This document shows, in pieces, positions 19,134 through 27,735 of a DNA stretch of 64,000 nt. The position numbers were made by a program, and so were the translations under genes. The stretch is from an uncultured delta proteobacterium (GTDB lineage Bacteria > Desulfobacterota > Binatia > HRBIN30 > BPIQ01): assembly GCA_963761335.1 (NCBI GenBank), contig CAVXGR010000013.1, forward strand, positions 256,001 through 320,000. Direction: 5' to 3'. The notes under the pieces are model-generated. The model made no database searches. It worked only from the letters and a program-made list of their open reading frames with translations, and had not been told where the DNA came from. Positions within the stretch are counted from its first letter, which is position 1, and every line of letters begins with the position of its first letter.

Positions 19134-20108
19134 ATGGCTGCTGCGAATCAAGGAGAAGGACCGACCGCTCTCTCTCATCGTCGTCGGCTCGTCGTCGCCG
19201 TCCTCATGGCGCTGGCGGTCTCGTCGGCACCGGCCCTCGCTGCGCAATCGCCGCTGGCGGCGCCGCTGCGCTCGAGCAATCCCCCGAGCTGGCCTATCGA
19301 GCTGCGGCCCTTGGAGGCCGCACAGAAGGACTGCGACGGCAGCGATTGCGGCCGCTGGTCGCAGCTCGAGCTGACGCTGCAACGGGCGGCCCGCTGGCTG
19401 ACGACCTTTCCCGGCGACCTGCTGCGCTTCGACGCCGCCATCGGCCTCTCACAGGCCCGCCGCAGCGTCGACAGCGACCTCCTGCGGCGCGCCTTCGAGC
19501 AGGCCCGCACCTATGCCGAGCGCGACCGCGACCACCCCCACCAGCGGTTCTGGAGGCCGGAGTTCGCCGCACCCGCCAAGGACACCTCGCAATGGACGGT
19601 GCCGGGCCCGGGGGGCAAGCGCGTCAACCCGAATGAGGTGATCAGCGAGGCACTCTACTGTCGCGAGAACGGCTGGCGGCCGGAAACCCTGCGGTACGTG
19701 TGCGGCGCCATGCGCGACCGCGGCGGCTACCAGACGGCGCACGCACTCTGGGCTCTGGTGATCGTGCGGGGCAACGGATGCCTCTCCGCGGAGCAGCTGG
19801 CCCGGTGCATGACGGCCCTGGAGAAGGAGCTGGCGCGGGCTCAGCCGGCCACCCTGAAGCCGCTCAAGACCCTGGACATCGACATCTATGCCGAGCGCCT
19901 GCTGATGCTGACGCTGAGCGGCTACGGCGACGGCCCGGTCGACGACTGGGCCGCGACCCTCATGAAGGCGCAGGGAAGCGACGGCAGCTGGGGGGTCGAG
20001 ACACCCGGCGAGCCCCGCTATTTCCGTTACCACACCACCAACGCGGCCGTTTGGGCGCTCAGTCAGTGGTACCGATACCGGGTCGAACATCCGCAGGGAG
20101 GGCGCTGA
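19134..20108 (+). CDS. Secreted helical protein with QW-like motif (possibly DUF4735/DUF6895-like)
   Basis: Signal peptide; YQTAH, DIYAE, AQGSDGSWG and YHTT motifs. Confidence 0.6.
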   Translation: MAAANQGEGPTALSHRRRLVVAVLMALAVSSAPALAAQSPLAAPLRSSNPPSWPIELRPLEAAQKDCDGSDCGRWSQLELTLQRAARWLTTFPGDLLRFDAAIGLSQARRSVDSDLLRRAFEQARTYAERDRDHPHQRFWRPEFAAPAKDTSQWTVPGPGGKRVNPNEVISEALYCRENGWRPETLRYVCGAMRDRGGYQTAHALWALVIVRGNGCLSAEQLARCMTALEKELARAQPATLKPLKTLDIDIYAERLLMLTLSGYGDGPVDDWAATLMKAQGSDGSWGVETPGEPRYFRYHTTNAAVWALSQWYRYRVEHPQGGR

Positions 20109-20133
20109 TGAGCGTCGACGGCTAAAATAGTCC

Positions 20134-20163
20134 TTGACCTTTCCCGAAGCGCCGCAGTAACTT
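20134..20163 (+). promoter_or_regulatory. Putative sigma70-type promoter of glycine-rich paralog 1
   Basis: TTGACC-N18-TAACTT with an A-rich upstream tract. Confidence 0.55.
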
Positions 20164-20268
20164 TGCGGCGACGGGCTCACGCCTAGGGGGGAGCGAGCCG
20201 CGTCGCGCGATCCACTTCGACCATCATCCTTATTTCCCCGAACTTTTGGGGCGCAGACGGAGGCATAT

Positions 20269-22533
20269 ATGGGCCGACGCAGCCTGGCCTGGTTCACGAT
20301 AACGGTTACCGCTTTGCTGCTGGCGGCCTCGGTCCCCGTGCGTGCGCAGCTGAATCTCGCCGACGCCAAGTGCCGCATGAACATCGGCAAGGGCGTCCGC
20401 CTGATAGCTTCGACGCTGCTCCGCGAGTCGGTCAAGTGCCACAAGCTGCGCATGCTCCTGAAGATCAACCCCGCCACAGACTGCAGCGATCCGGCGCAGC
20501 TGCCGGTCAAGTCCCAGACGAAGCTGACCAAGGCGCGGGCGAAGCTCGACAAGCTGATCACCCGCGGATGCGCGAGCGCCTCGGCGCCGACCGACAACGG
20601 CTACCTCACCTGCATTGCCCCCTGCGACCAGATCTCGATCGACAACACCTACGTCAACGACGCCGGAGACGACCTCGCCGACTGCCTGGAGTGTCTCACC
20701 AAGGACTTCATGCAGCAGAGCGCCACCGACGCCTATGGCGCCGCTCCGACGCCGGGGTCGCAGACCGACCGCACCAAGTGCCAGAATCTCATCGGCCGGG
20801 CGCTGCGCGTCTACCTGGACGGCCGCACCCGCGAGCAGCAGAAGTGCCAGTTCCAGCAGGACAAGCACCCCACCCCGGGGGTCGACTGCAAGGCCGACGA
20901 CTTGAAGGGCAAGATCGGCAAGAAGCTCGAGGCCCTCGACCGCATCATCGGACACTGCAACCCATCGGTGGTCCCGTTGCTCGACAGCTGCGGCACGGAC
21001 ACGGCCAGCGAGCAGTCCTGCATCCAGGCGCTCGCCGAGCTCTACGGCGATTCCATGTTCGACCAGGTGTATCGCCCGCCGACACCCAAGCCCACCGATA
21101 CGCCGACGCTCACCCCGACGATTACCAACACGCCGACGCTCACCTGGACGCCCACGGAGACACCGACGCCGACCAACACGCAGACGCCGACCTCCACCCC
21201 ATTCTCGGCGCCGGCGATATTCGTGTCGAGCAACTTCGGCAGCCCCGGCGGCGACGGCTCCATCAATGACCCGGTCGACACCATCAGCGCCGGAATCAAC
21301 AAGGCCGTGGCGATGTCGCTTCCCGATGTCATCATCGACGGCGGCTCCTACAATGAGTCGCTCGCCCTGCAGAGCAACATCAACCTGCGCGGCGGTTACA
21401 ACTCGCTGGCCGGCTGGGTGCAGAACGGCGCCACCACTGCCGTCAACGGCGGAGCAACTGCGGTGCTCGGCACCTCGGTGAGCAACGTCACCATCGACAG
21501 CCTGACGATCGCCGCGGCCAACGCCAGCGGCATCGGCCAGAGCTCCTACGGCATCCGCCTGATCTCCTCGAGCGGTGTCACCGTTTCCAACAGCAGCGTC
21601 AGCGCCGGCAGCGGCAGCGCCGGCAGCGGCGGCTCGACGGGCAGCACCGGCGCCGGCGGCAACGGCGGCGGCAACGGCGGCAACGGCTGCGAGGACTCCA
21701 ACTACACCTGCTCGACCTGCAGCCGGCCGGGCGGCGGCGGCGCCGGCGCCGCCAAGACGTGCACCATCGGGCTGTCCTCCGCGGGCGGTGCCGGCGGAGC
21801 CGCGGGTCACTGCAGCATTTCCGGGAACGGCGACCCGGGCACTGGCGGCAGCGGCGCCGGCGGCGGCTCGGCCGGGTCCGGCGGCGGCGGCTGCCACGGC
21901 ACTCCTGGAGCGGGCGGCCCCGGAGGCGCCGGTGCAGCGGGAAGCAACGGCACCGCCGGCGGCAACTTCGGCAGCGCCGGCTCGGCGTACTCGCCTTCCA
22001 ACGGCGGCAGCGGCGGCTACGGTGGCAACGGCAGCGGCGGCGGTGGCGGTGGCGGCGGCGGCGGCGGCGACAGCACCTGCGACAGCTGGGGCGGCGGCGG
22101 CGGCGGTGGTGGCGGCGGCGGCTGCGGCGGCACCCTGGCCACCGGCGGCACCGGCGGCGGCGGCTCCTTCGGCATCTGGGTCAGCGGCGGCTCGGCGACG
22201 GTCACCTCGACGACGATCAACACCGCCACCGGCGGCAGCGGCGGTGCCGCCGGTACGGGCGGCGGCGGCGGCGGCGGCGGCTCCAAGGGCACGGGCGGCT
22301 CCGGTCAGGACGACTCGATCGCCGGCGCGGCCGGGGGCCTCGGCGGAACAGGAGGGAGCGGCGGCCACGGCGGCGGCGGCGGCGGTGGGCCGACCATCGG
22401 CATCGTCTGTACCGGCGGCGCCAGCGTCACGCGGACCGGGAACAGCTTCAACACCGGAACCGCCGGAGCGGGCGGCAGCTCGGCCGGGAACGCCGGAGCA
22501 AGCGGCTTGAAAACGGACGAAAGCGGCTGCTGA
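20269..22533 (+). CDS. Secreted surface protein, paralog 1: Cys-rich helical domain, short Pro/Thr linker, DUF1565-like beta-helix, polyglycine domain
   Basis: Sec signal (VRA|Q); two KC..IG..KC repeats; TPT linker; IFVS..G.DGS..DP..TI..GI; G-x-x runs; ends ESGC. Confidence 0.8.
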   Translation: MGRRSLAWFTITVTALLLAASVPVRAQLNLADAKCRMNIGKGVRLIASTLLRESVKCHKLRMLLKINPATDCSDPAQLPVKSQTKLTKARAKLDKLITRGCASASAPTDNGYLTCIAPCDQISIDNTYVNDAGDDLADCLECLTKDFMQQSATDAYGAAPTPGSQTDRTKCQNLIGRALRVYLDGRTREQQKCQFQQDKHPTPGVDCKADDLKGKIGKKLEALDRIIGHCNPSVVPLLDSCGTDTASEQSCIQALAELYGDSMFDQVYRPPTPKPTDTPTLTPTITNTPTLTWTPTETPTPTNTQTPTSTPFSAPAIFVSSNFGSPGGDGSINDPVDTISAGINKAVAMSLPDVIIDGGSYNESLALQSNINLRGGYNSLAGWVQNGATTAVNGGATAVLGTSVSNVTIDSLTIAAANASGIGQSSYGIRLISSSGVTVSNSSVSAGSGSAGSGGSTGSTGAGGNGGGNGGNGCEDSNYTCSTCSRPGGGGAGAAKTCTIGLSSAGGAGGAAGHCSISGNGDPGTGGSGAGGGSAGSGGGGCHGTPGAGGPGGAGAAGSNGTAGGNFGSAGSAYSPSNGGSGGYGGNGSGGGGGGGGGGGDSTCDSWGGGGGGGGGGGCGGTLATGGTGGGGSFGIWVSGGSATVTSTTINTATGGSGGAAGTGGGGGGGGSKGTGGSGQDDSIAGAAGGLGGTGGSGGHGGGGGGGPTIGIVCTGGASVTRTGNSFNTGTAGAGGSSAGNAGASGLKTDESGC

Positions 22534-22555
22534 GGCGCCCTCAAATAAAAAATCC

Positions 22556-22585
22556 TTGACGATTGCAAGCGCCGCGCAGTAGGCT
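22556..22585 (+). promoter_or_regulatory. Putative sigma70-type promoter of glycine-rich paralog 2
   Basis: TTGACG-N18-TAGGCT after AAATAAAAAA; spacer resembles that of paralog 1. Confidence 0.55.
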
Positions 22586-22661
22586 CTCCGCCGAGAGACG
22601 ATCCGCCGGGGGGGTGGATTCGCTTTCGTTCGTTCGAGAGAGGTCTAGACAGGAGCCCATC

Positions 22662-25229
22662 ATGTATCGACGTGTCCTGGCGTTGAGCTTGGTCTCTGCG
22701 CTCGCGCTGTTCTTTTGCGGCATCGGTACGGCGAACGCGTTGTCGAGAGACGACGCCAAGTGCCGTAAGTCCCTGGGCAAGGGCGTGCGCCTGCTCGCCG
22801 ACAAGCTGCTCCACGAGAAAGCCAAGTGTCACAAGCAGCGAATGATGGGCCAGCTCGACCAAGCGGTCGACTGCAACGACACCAGCGACCCGCTGTTTCC
22901 CGCCAAGAGCCTGCTGAAGATCAACCGCGCCAAGGACAAGCTCAATCGCTTCGCGGAGCGCGGCTGCCGCAACGCCTCGGTACCGCCGTCGGCGAACGGC
23001 TACCGCGTCTGCATTCCTCCGTGCGACTCGATCGCCATCAACAGCCAGTACTCCAGTGTCGCCGCCTGCCTCGCCTGCCTGACGGACGACATCGTCAGCT
23101 CCGCGGCGAGCAGCGCCTTCGGCGTGCCCCCCACACCCGGGGCCAATACCGATGAGACCAAGTGTGAGAGCTTCATCAACAAGGCCGTGCGCAAGTACTC
23201 GATCGGGCGCGTCAAGGAACAGCAGAAGTGTCAGTACAACGAGGACAAGGCGACGGTGCCCTTGGGCAGCGATTGTGAGAATGACACCAACACCAAGATC
23301 GCCAAGGCCTTGCAGCGGGCCAACGACTTGATCGACAAGTGCCAGGACCCGATCCTCGGCATCCTCGACAGCTGCGGCACGGACCAGGCGAGCGAGAAGG
23401 CCTGCCTGCAGTTGGTCAGCGACATCTTCACCAATGCCCTTTTCGACCAAGTGTACAACCCGCCGGCGCCGAGCCCGACGCCGACGGTCACCGAGACCGG
23501 CACTCCGACGTCGACGCCGACGATCACCGACACCCCGACGGTGACGCAGACGCCGACCATCACCGACACGCCGACGATCACGCAGACGCCAACGATCACC
23601 GGCACCGCGACGCAGACGGGTACGGCGACCGAGACCGGCACCGTCACCGAGACGGCGACCGTGACGCAGACGCCGACCATCACCGACACGGCGACGGTGA
23701 CCGAGACGGCGACGGTCACCGTCACGCCGACCGGCACTCCTACGAGCACGCCGACGCGCACCCCGACCACGACCGCCACGGCGACCCCAACCTCGACGCC
23801 GACACGCACCCCGACGCGCACCCCGACCAATACGCCGACGCGGACGCCGACGGTAACCGACACGCCGACCATCACCCCGACGCGGACCAACACACCGCAC
23901 GCCAACGCGATCTTCGTCTCCGCCACCCTCGGCAGCTCGCTCGGCGACGGCAGCATGGCGGACCCGCTCGACACCATTCAGGCCGGCATCAACAAGGCGG
24001 TCACTGACGGCAAGAACCGCGTCTGCATCGACGGCGGCACCTACAACGAGACCCTAACCTTGGCGAACGGCGTCAGTCTCGAGGGCGGCTTCAACGCCAC
24101 CCTGTTCTGGCTGAAAGACGGCTCCGCCACCAACGTGAACGGTGGCTCGACGGCGATTCTCGGAAGCTCGACCAGCAACCTGAGCATCTCCGGCCTCACC
24201 GTCCACGCGTCCAATGCCAGCGGCACGGGACAGAGCTCGTACGGCATCCGGCTACTCTCCTCGAGCAACGTGACCATCAGCAACAACACGGTGACCGCCG
24301 GCAACGGCACTGGCGGCAGCGGCGGCTCGAGTGGCTCCACCGGCGCCGGCGGCAACGGCGGCAGCGGCGGCGGCAACGGCTGCGAGGATTCCAACTACAC
24401 CTGCTCGACCTGCAGCCGGCCCGGTGGCGGCAGCGGCGGGCCGAGCAAGTCGTGCTCCAGCGGTTCATCGTACGCGGGTGGCGGCGGCGGTGCTCCCGGC
24501 CACTGCAGCATAAGCGGCAACGGTGAGGCCGGCGGCGGCGGCGGCGGCCCCAATGGCGGCGGTGCGGGCTCCGGCGGCGGCGGCTGTCACGGCACTCCCG
24601 GCGGCGGCGGTACCGCCACCAGCGCCGCGGCCGCGGGCGGCAACGGCGGCTCCGGCAGCAGCTTCGGCTCCGCGGGCTCGGCGTACTCGCCCGCCAACGG
24701 CGGCAGCGGCTCCCACGGCGCCAACGGCAGCGGCGGCGGCGGCGGTGGCGGCGGCGGCGGCGGCGATTCAACCTGCGACAGCTGGGGCGGCGGCGGCGGT
24801 GGTGGCGGCGGCGGCGGCTGCGGCGGCACCCTGGCCACCGGCGGCACCGGCGGCGGCGGCTCCTTCGGAGTCTGGGTGAACGGCGGCTCGGCAACCGTCA
24901 CCAGCACCACTATCGTCACCGGCATCGGCGGCAGCGGCGGCAGCGGCGGTAGCGGCGGCACGGGCGGCTCGGGGGGCACCCCGGGCGGCGGCGGCAGCGG
25001 CGAAGACGATTCCATCGGCGGCGCCGGCGGCGGCACGGGCGGCATGGGCGGCCGCGGCGGTCACGGCGGCGGCGGCGGCGGCGGACCGACTGTCGGCATC
25101 CTCTGCTCCGGGGGCGCCAGCGTGACACGCTCGGGCAATGCCTTCACCTTGGGCACCGCCGGCTCGGGCGGCAGCTCGCCGGGAAATTCCGGGTCAAGCG
25201 GGCTGCGGGTCAACGAGAGCGGCTGCTGA
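22662..25229 (+). CDS. Secreted surface protein, paralog 2 (long Thr-alternating stalk)
   Basis: AGGAG RBS; signal peptide (ANA|L); same domain order as paralog 1 with a ~145-aa (T-x)n linker; ends ESGC. Confidence 0.8.
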   Translation: MYRRVLALSLVSALALFFCGIGTANALSRDDAKCRKSLGKGVRLLADKLLHEKAKCHKQRMMGQLDQAVDCNDTSDPLFPAKSLLKINRAKDKLNRFAERGCRNASVPPSANGYRVCIPPCDSIAINSQYSSVAACLACLTDDIVSSAASSAFGVPPTPGANTDETKCESFINKAVRKYSIGRVKEQQKCQYNEDKATVPLGSDCENDTNTKIAKALQRANDLIDKCQDPILGILDSCGTDQASEKACLQLVSDIFTNALFDQVYNPPAPSPTPTVTETGTPTSTPTITDTPTVTQTPTITDTPTITQTPTITGTATQTGTATETGTVTETATVTQTPTITDTATVTETATVTVTPTGTPTSTPTRTPTTTATATPTSTPTRTPTRTPTNTPTRTPTVTDTPTITPTRTNTPHANAIFVSATLGSSLGDGSMADPLDTIQAGINKAVTDGKNRVCIDGGTYNETLTLANGVSLEGGFNATLFWLKDGSATNVNGGSTAILGSSTSNLSISGLTVHASNASGTGQSSYGIRLLSSSNVTISNNTVTAGNGTGGSGGSSGSTGAGGNGGSGGGNGCEDSNYTCSTCSRPGGGSGGPSKSCSSGSSYAGGGGGAPGHCSISGNGEAGGGGGGPNGGGAGSGGGGCHGTPGGGGTATSAAAAGGNGGSGSSFGSAGSAYSPANGGSGSHGANGSGGGGGGGGGGGDSTCDSWGGGGGGGGGGGCGGTLATGGTGGGGSFGVWVNGGSATVTSTTIVTGIGGSGGSGGSGGTGGSGGTPGGGGSGEDDSIGGAGGGTGGMGGRGGHGGGGGGGPTVGILCSGGASVTRSGNAFTLGTAGSGGSSPGNSGSSGLRVNESGC

Positions 25230-25385
25230 TGGCCGGCGCTCACCCGCAAGAGCGGCCATGACCGGAGGGGCTCTGTCAGCGCTGTACGGGAGTGGCGGGG
25301 TGCGCCGTACCCGCCGCCGCGTACGGCGACGAGAGCGCTCCCACCTCTGTTGCTTTCCAGGCAGGACCGACAACGCAAAAGTTGC

Positions 25386-25415
25386 TTGATCTAACGAAAC
25401 CGCCCGTCGTATGCT
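25386..25415 (+). promoter_or_regulatory. Putative sigma70-type promoter of glycine-rich paralog 3
   Basis: TTGATC-N18-TATGCT. Confidence 0.55.
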
Positions 25416-25498
25416 CTGAGGACGGGCTGTGCGGCTTGGCCGGGGGGCCAGCCGTCTTCATTAAGAGCCCACCCCACCGGGGGAAACGGAGGATTACG

Positions 25499-27655
25499 AT
25501 GCGCCGATCTTTGATCTGGCAGAGCGCAGTGCTCGTCGTGCTGGCGGCTGCGTTTGTTCTGGCACAGGTGCAACCGGCTCATGCTCTGGCGCGGGAAGAC
25601 GCCAAGTGCCGAAAGTTCATCGGCAAGGGCACGAGGTTATTGGCCAACACCCTGGTGCGCGAGAAGGCAAAGTGCCACCGCCTGCGAATGCTCGGGCGCA
25701 TCGATCCCGGAACCGACTGCAACGATCCGGAGGATCCCTTCTTCCCCGGCGCGCTCAAGGTCGCCAAGGCAAAGGCCAAGCTGGAAAAGCTGGTGAAGAA
25801 TGGCTGCGGCACCGGCAGTGGCGCCTCGACTCCTCAGGAGAACGGCTACATCCTCTGCGACGGCGCCGCCGCCTGCGCCGGCATCGGCATCGCCGGCTAC
25901 ACCTCGGCGGAGACCGGAGACGACAACACCGTCGCCGACTGCCTCATCTGCGAGACCGACGAGCGGGTGGCCGGCAGCGTCGACTCGGCCTACGGCACGC
26001 CGCCGGTCCCGGGAACCAACAACGATCAGACCAAGTGCCAGGATGCGATCGGCAAGGCCCTGCGGCTCTACGGGATCAAGCGCATCATCGAGCAGCAGAA
26101 GTGCCAGTACAACGAAGAGAAGTTGGCGGTGCCGACGGGCGTCAACTGTCTGACCGCGCAGAACGACAAGATCGACAAGGCCCTGCAGCGAGCGCAGAAG
26201 CTCATCGAGAAGAAGTGCAGCAGCGGCAGCGTCCTCTCCACGCTCAACAGCTGTGATTCGACTCTCTCCGGCGAGAAGGCCTGCGTCGAGTCGGCGGCAG
26301 ACGCCTTCTCCGACGGTTTGTTCGACGACGTCTACCTCACCACGACCGGGGTGTTCGTCTCCAAGGCGCAGGGCTCCGCGGGCGGCGACGGCTCCATTCT
26401 CGACCCGCTCGACACCATCCAGGCCGGCATCAATGCTGCCGTGGCCCAAGGCGTGAACGACGTCTACATCGACGGCGGCGTCTATTCCGAGTCGCTCACC
26501 CTCGACAGCAACGTGAACCTGCTCGGCGGCTTCAACGCCAACAATGCCTGGCTCTACGACGGCTCCTCGACCAGCGTCTTCGGCAGCACCACCGCGGTCA
26601 CGGCCAATGGCAAGAGCAACATCACCATCGACGGCCTCAGCATCAACGCCAGTGCCACACTGAGCACCGGCCAGAGCTCCTACGGCATAAAGCTGCTGTC
26701 GTCGAACAATGTCCTCATCCGCAACAGCAGCGTCACCGCCGGAAGCGGCGGCCCGGGGAGCTCCGGCTCCAACGGCGGCTCCGGCGCCACCGGTGGCGGC
26801 GGCAACAACGGCGGCAACGGCTGCGAGGACTCGAACTACACCTGCAACACCTGCAGTCGCCCCGGTGGCGGCGGCGGCGGTACCAATCCGAGCTGTTCGA
26901 GCAGCTCTGCGGGAGGCACCGGCGGCAGCGGCGGCAACTGCAGCGGCACCAACTCACAGACCGGAGGCAACGGCTCGGGAACCGCGCCGGGCGTCGGCAG
27001 CAGCGGTGGCGGATGTCATTTCGGACCGTCGATCGGCGGCAACGCCGGGACAGTGTCCTCCGGAACCGAGGGCAGCGGCGCCAGCAACTTCGGCAGTGCC
27101 GGCACGGCGTACACGCCTGCCAACGGCGGCAGCGGCGGCAACGGCTCCACCGGTAGCGGCGGCGGCGGCGGCGGTGGCGGCGGCGGTGGCGACTCCACGT
27201 GCGACAGCTGGGGCGGTGGCGGCGGCGGTGGTGGTGCCGGCGGCTGCGGCGGCACCTTCGCGACCGGCGGTACCGGCGCCGGCGGCTCCTTCGGCATCTG
27301 GGTGAACGGTGGCACGGCCACCGTCGAAACGACGACCATCACCACCGGCAATGGCGGCGCGGGTGGCAGCGGCGGCGCCGGCGGCAACGGCGGCGCCGGT
27401 GGTCCGGGAGGTCTTCCCGGCAGCGGAGAGGACGATTCCGTCGGCGGCGCCAATGGCGGTAGCGGCGGCAACGGCGGCCGTGGTGGTCACGGCGGTGGCG
27501 GCGGCGGCGGACCCTCGGTCGGCATCGTCTGCAGCGGCGGGGCCATCGTCGATTCGTCCAGCGCCAGCTTCACCCTGGGCAGCGGCGGCAGCGGCGGCAC
27601 CTCGGCGGGGAACGCCGGGGCGGCCGGACTGACGGCGAATCGCCAGGGCTGCTGA
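25499..27655 (+). CDS. Secreted surface protein, paralog 3 (no Pro/Thr stalk)
   Basis: GGAGG RBS; signal peptide (AHA|L); helical domain joined directly to the beta-helix (LFDDVYLTTTGVFVS); ends RQGC. Confidence 0.8.
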   Translation: MRRSLIWQSAVLVVLAAAFVLAQVQPAHALAREDAKCRKFIGKGTRLLANTLVREKAKCHRLRMLGRIDPGTDCNDPEDPFFPGALKVAKAKAKLEKLVKNGCGTGSGASTPQENGYILCDGAAACAGIGIAGYTSAETGDDNTVADCLICETDERVAGSVDSAYGTPPVPGTNNDQTKCQDAIGKALRLYGIKRIIEQQKCQYNEEKLAVPTGVNCLTAQNDKIDKALQRAQKLIEKKCSSGSVLSTLNSCDSTLSGEKACVESAADAFSDGLFDDVYLTTTGVFVSKAQGSAGGDGSILDPLDTIQAGINAAVAQGVNDVYIDGGVYSESLTLDSNVNLLGGFNANNAWLYDGSSTSVFGSTTAVTANGKSNITIDGLSINASATLSTGQSSYGIKLLSSNNVLIRNSSVTAGSGGPGSSGSNGGSGATGGGGNNGGNGCEDSNYTCNTCSRPGGGGGGTNPSCSSSSAGGTGGSGGNCSGTNSQTGGNGSGTAPGVGSSGGGCHFGPSIGGNAGTVSSGTEGSGASNFGSAGTAYTPANGGSGGNGSTGSGGGGGGGGGGGDSTCDSWGGGGGGGGAGGCGGTFATGGTGAGGSFGIWVNGGTATVETTTITTGNGGAGGSGGAGGNGGAGGPGGLPGSGEDDSVGGANGGSGGNGGRGGHGGGGGGGPSVGIVCSGGAIVDSSSASFTLGSGGSGGTSAGNAGAAGLTANRQGC

Positions 27656-27678
27656 GCGAGCGACGCCGGAGTAAGCTC

Positions 27679-27712
27679 GGAGAGCCGCGGGGCACACGCC
27701 CCGCGGCTCTCC
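27679..27712 (+). terminator. Strong hairpin between paralog 3 and the fourth gene (terminator or mRNA stabiliser)
   Basis: Perfect 15-bp stem GGAGAGCCGCGGGGC-acac-GCCCCGCGGCTCTCC with a weak U tail. Confidence 0.55.
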
Positions 27713-27735
27713 TTCACGACAACGAGGTGGCACGC

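Noticed and set aside
21688..21720. Conserved D-S-N-Y-T as a bacterial N-glycosylation sequon in all three paralogs
   Set aside because: It matches D/E-x-N-x-T, but no oligosaccharyltransferase is identifiable in this window and conservation of the whole loop explains it
23460..23897. Ice-binding or ice-nucleation function for the T-x-T tract
   Set aside because: It is Pro-rich, variable in length and lies between domains, so a linker explains it better; no INP 16-mer repeats
20269..27655. Calling the glycine-rich proteins PE-PGRS or collagen
   Set aside because: No PE domain or type VII secretion context, Sec-type signal peptides are present, and there is no sustained Gly-X-Y Pro-rich register
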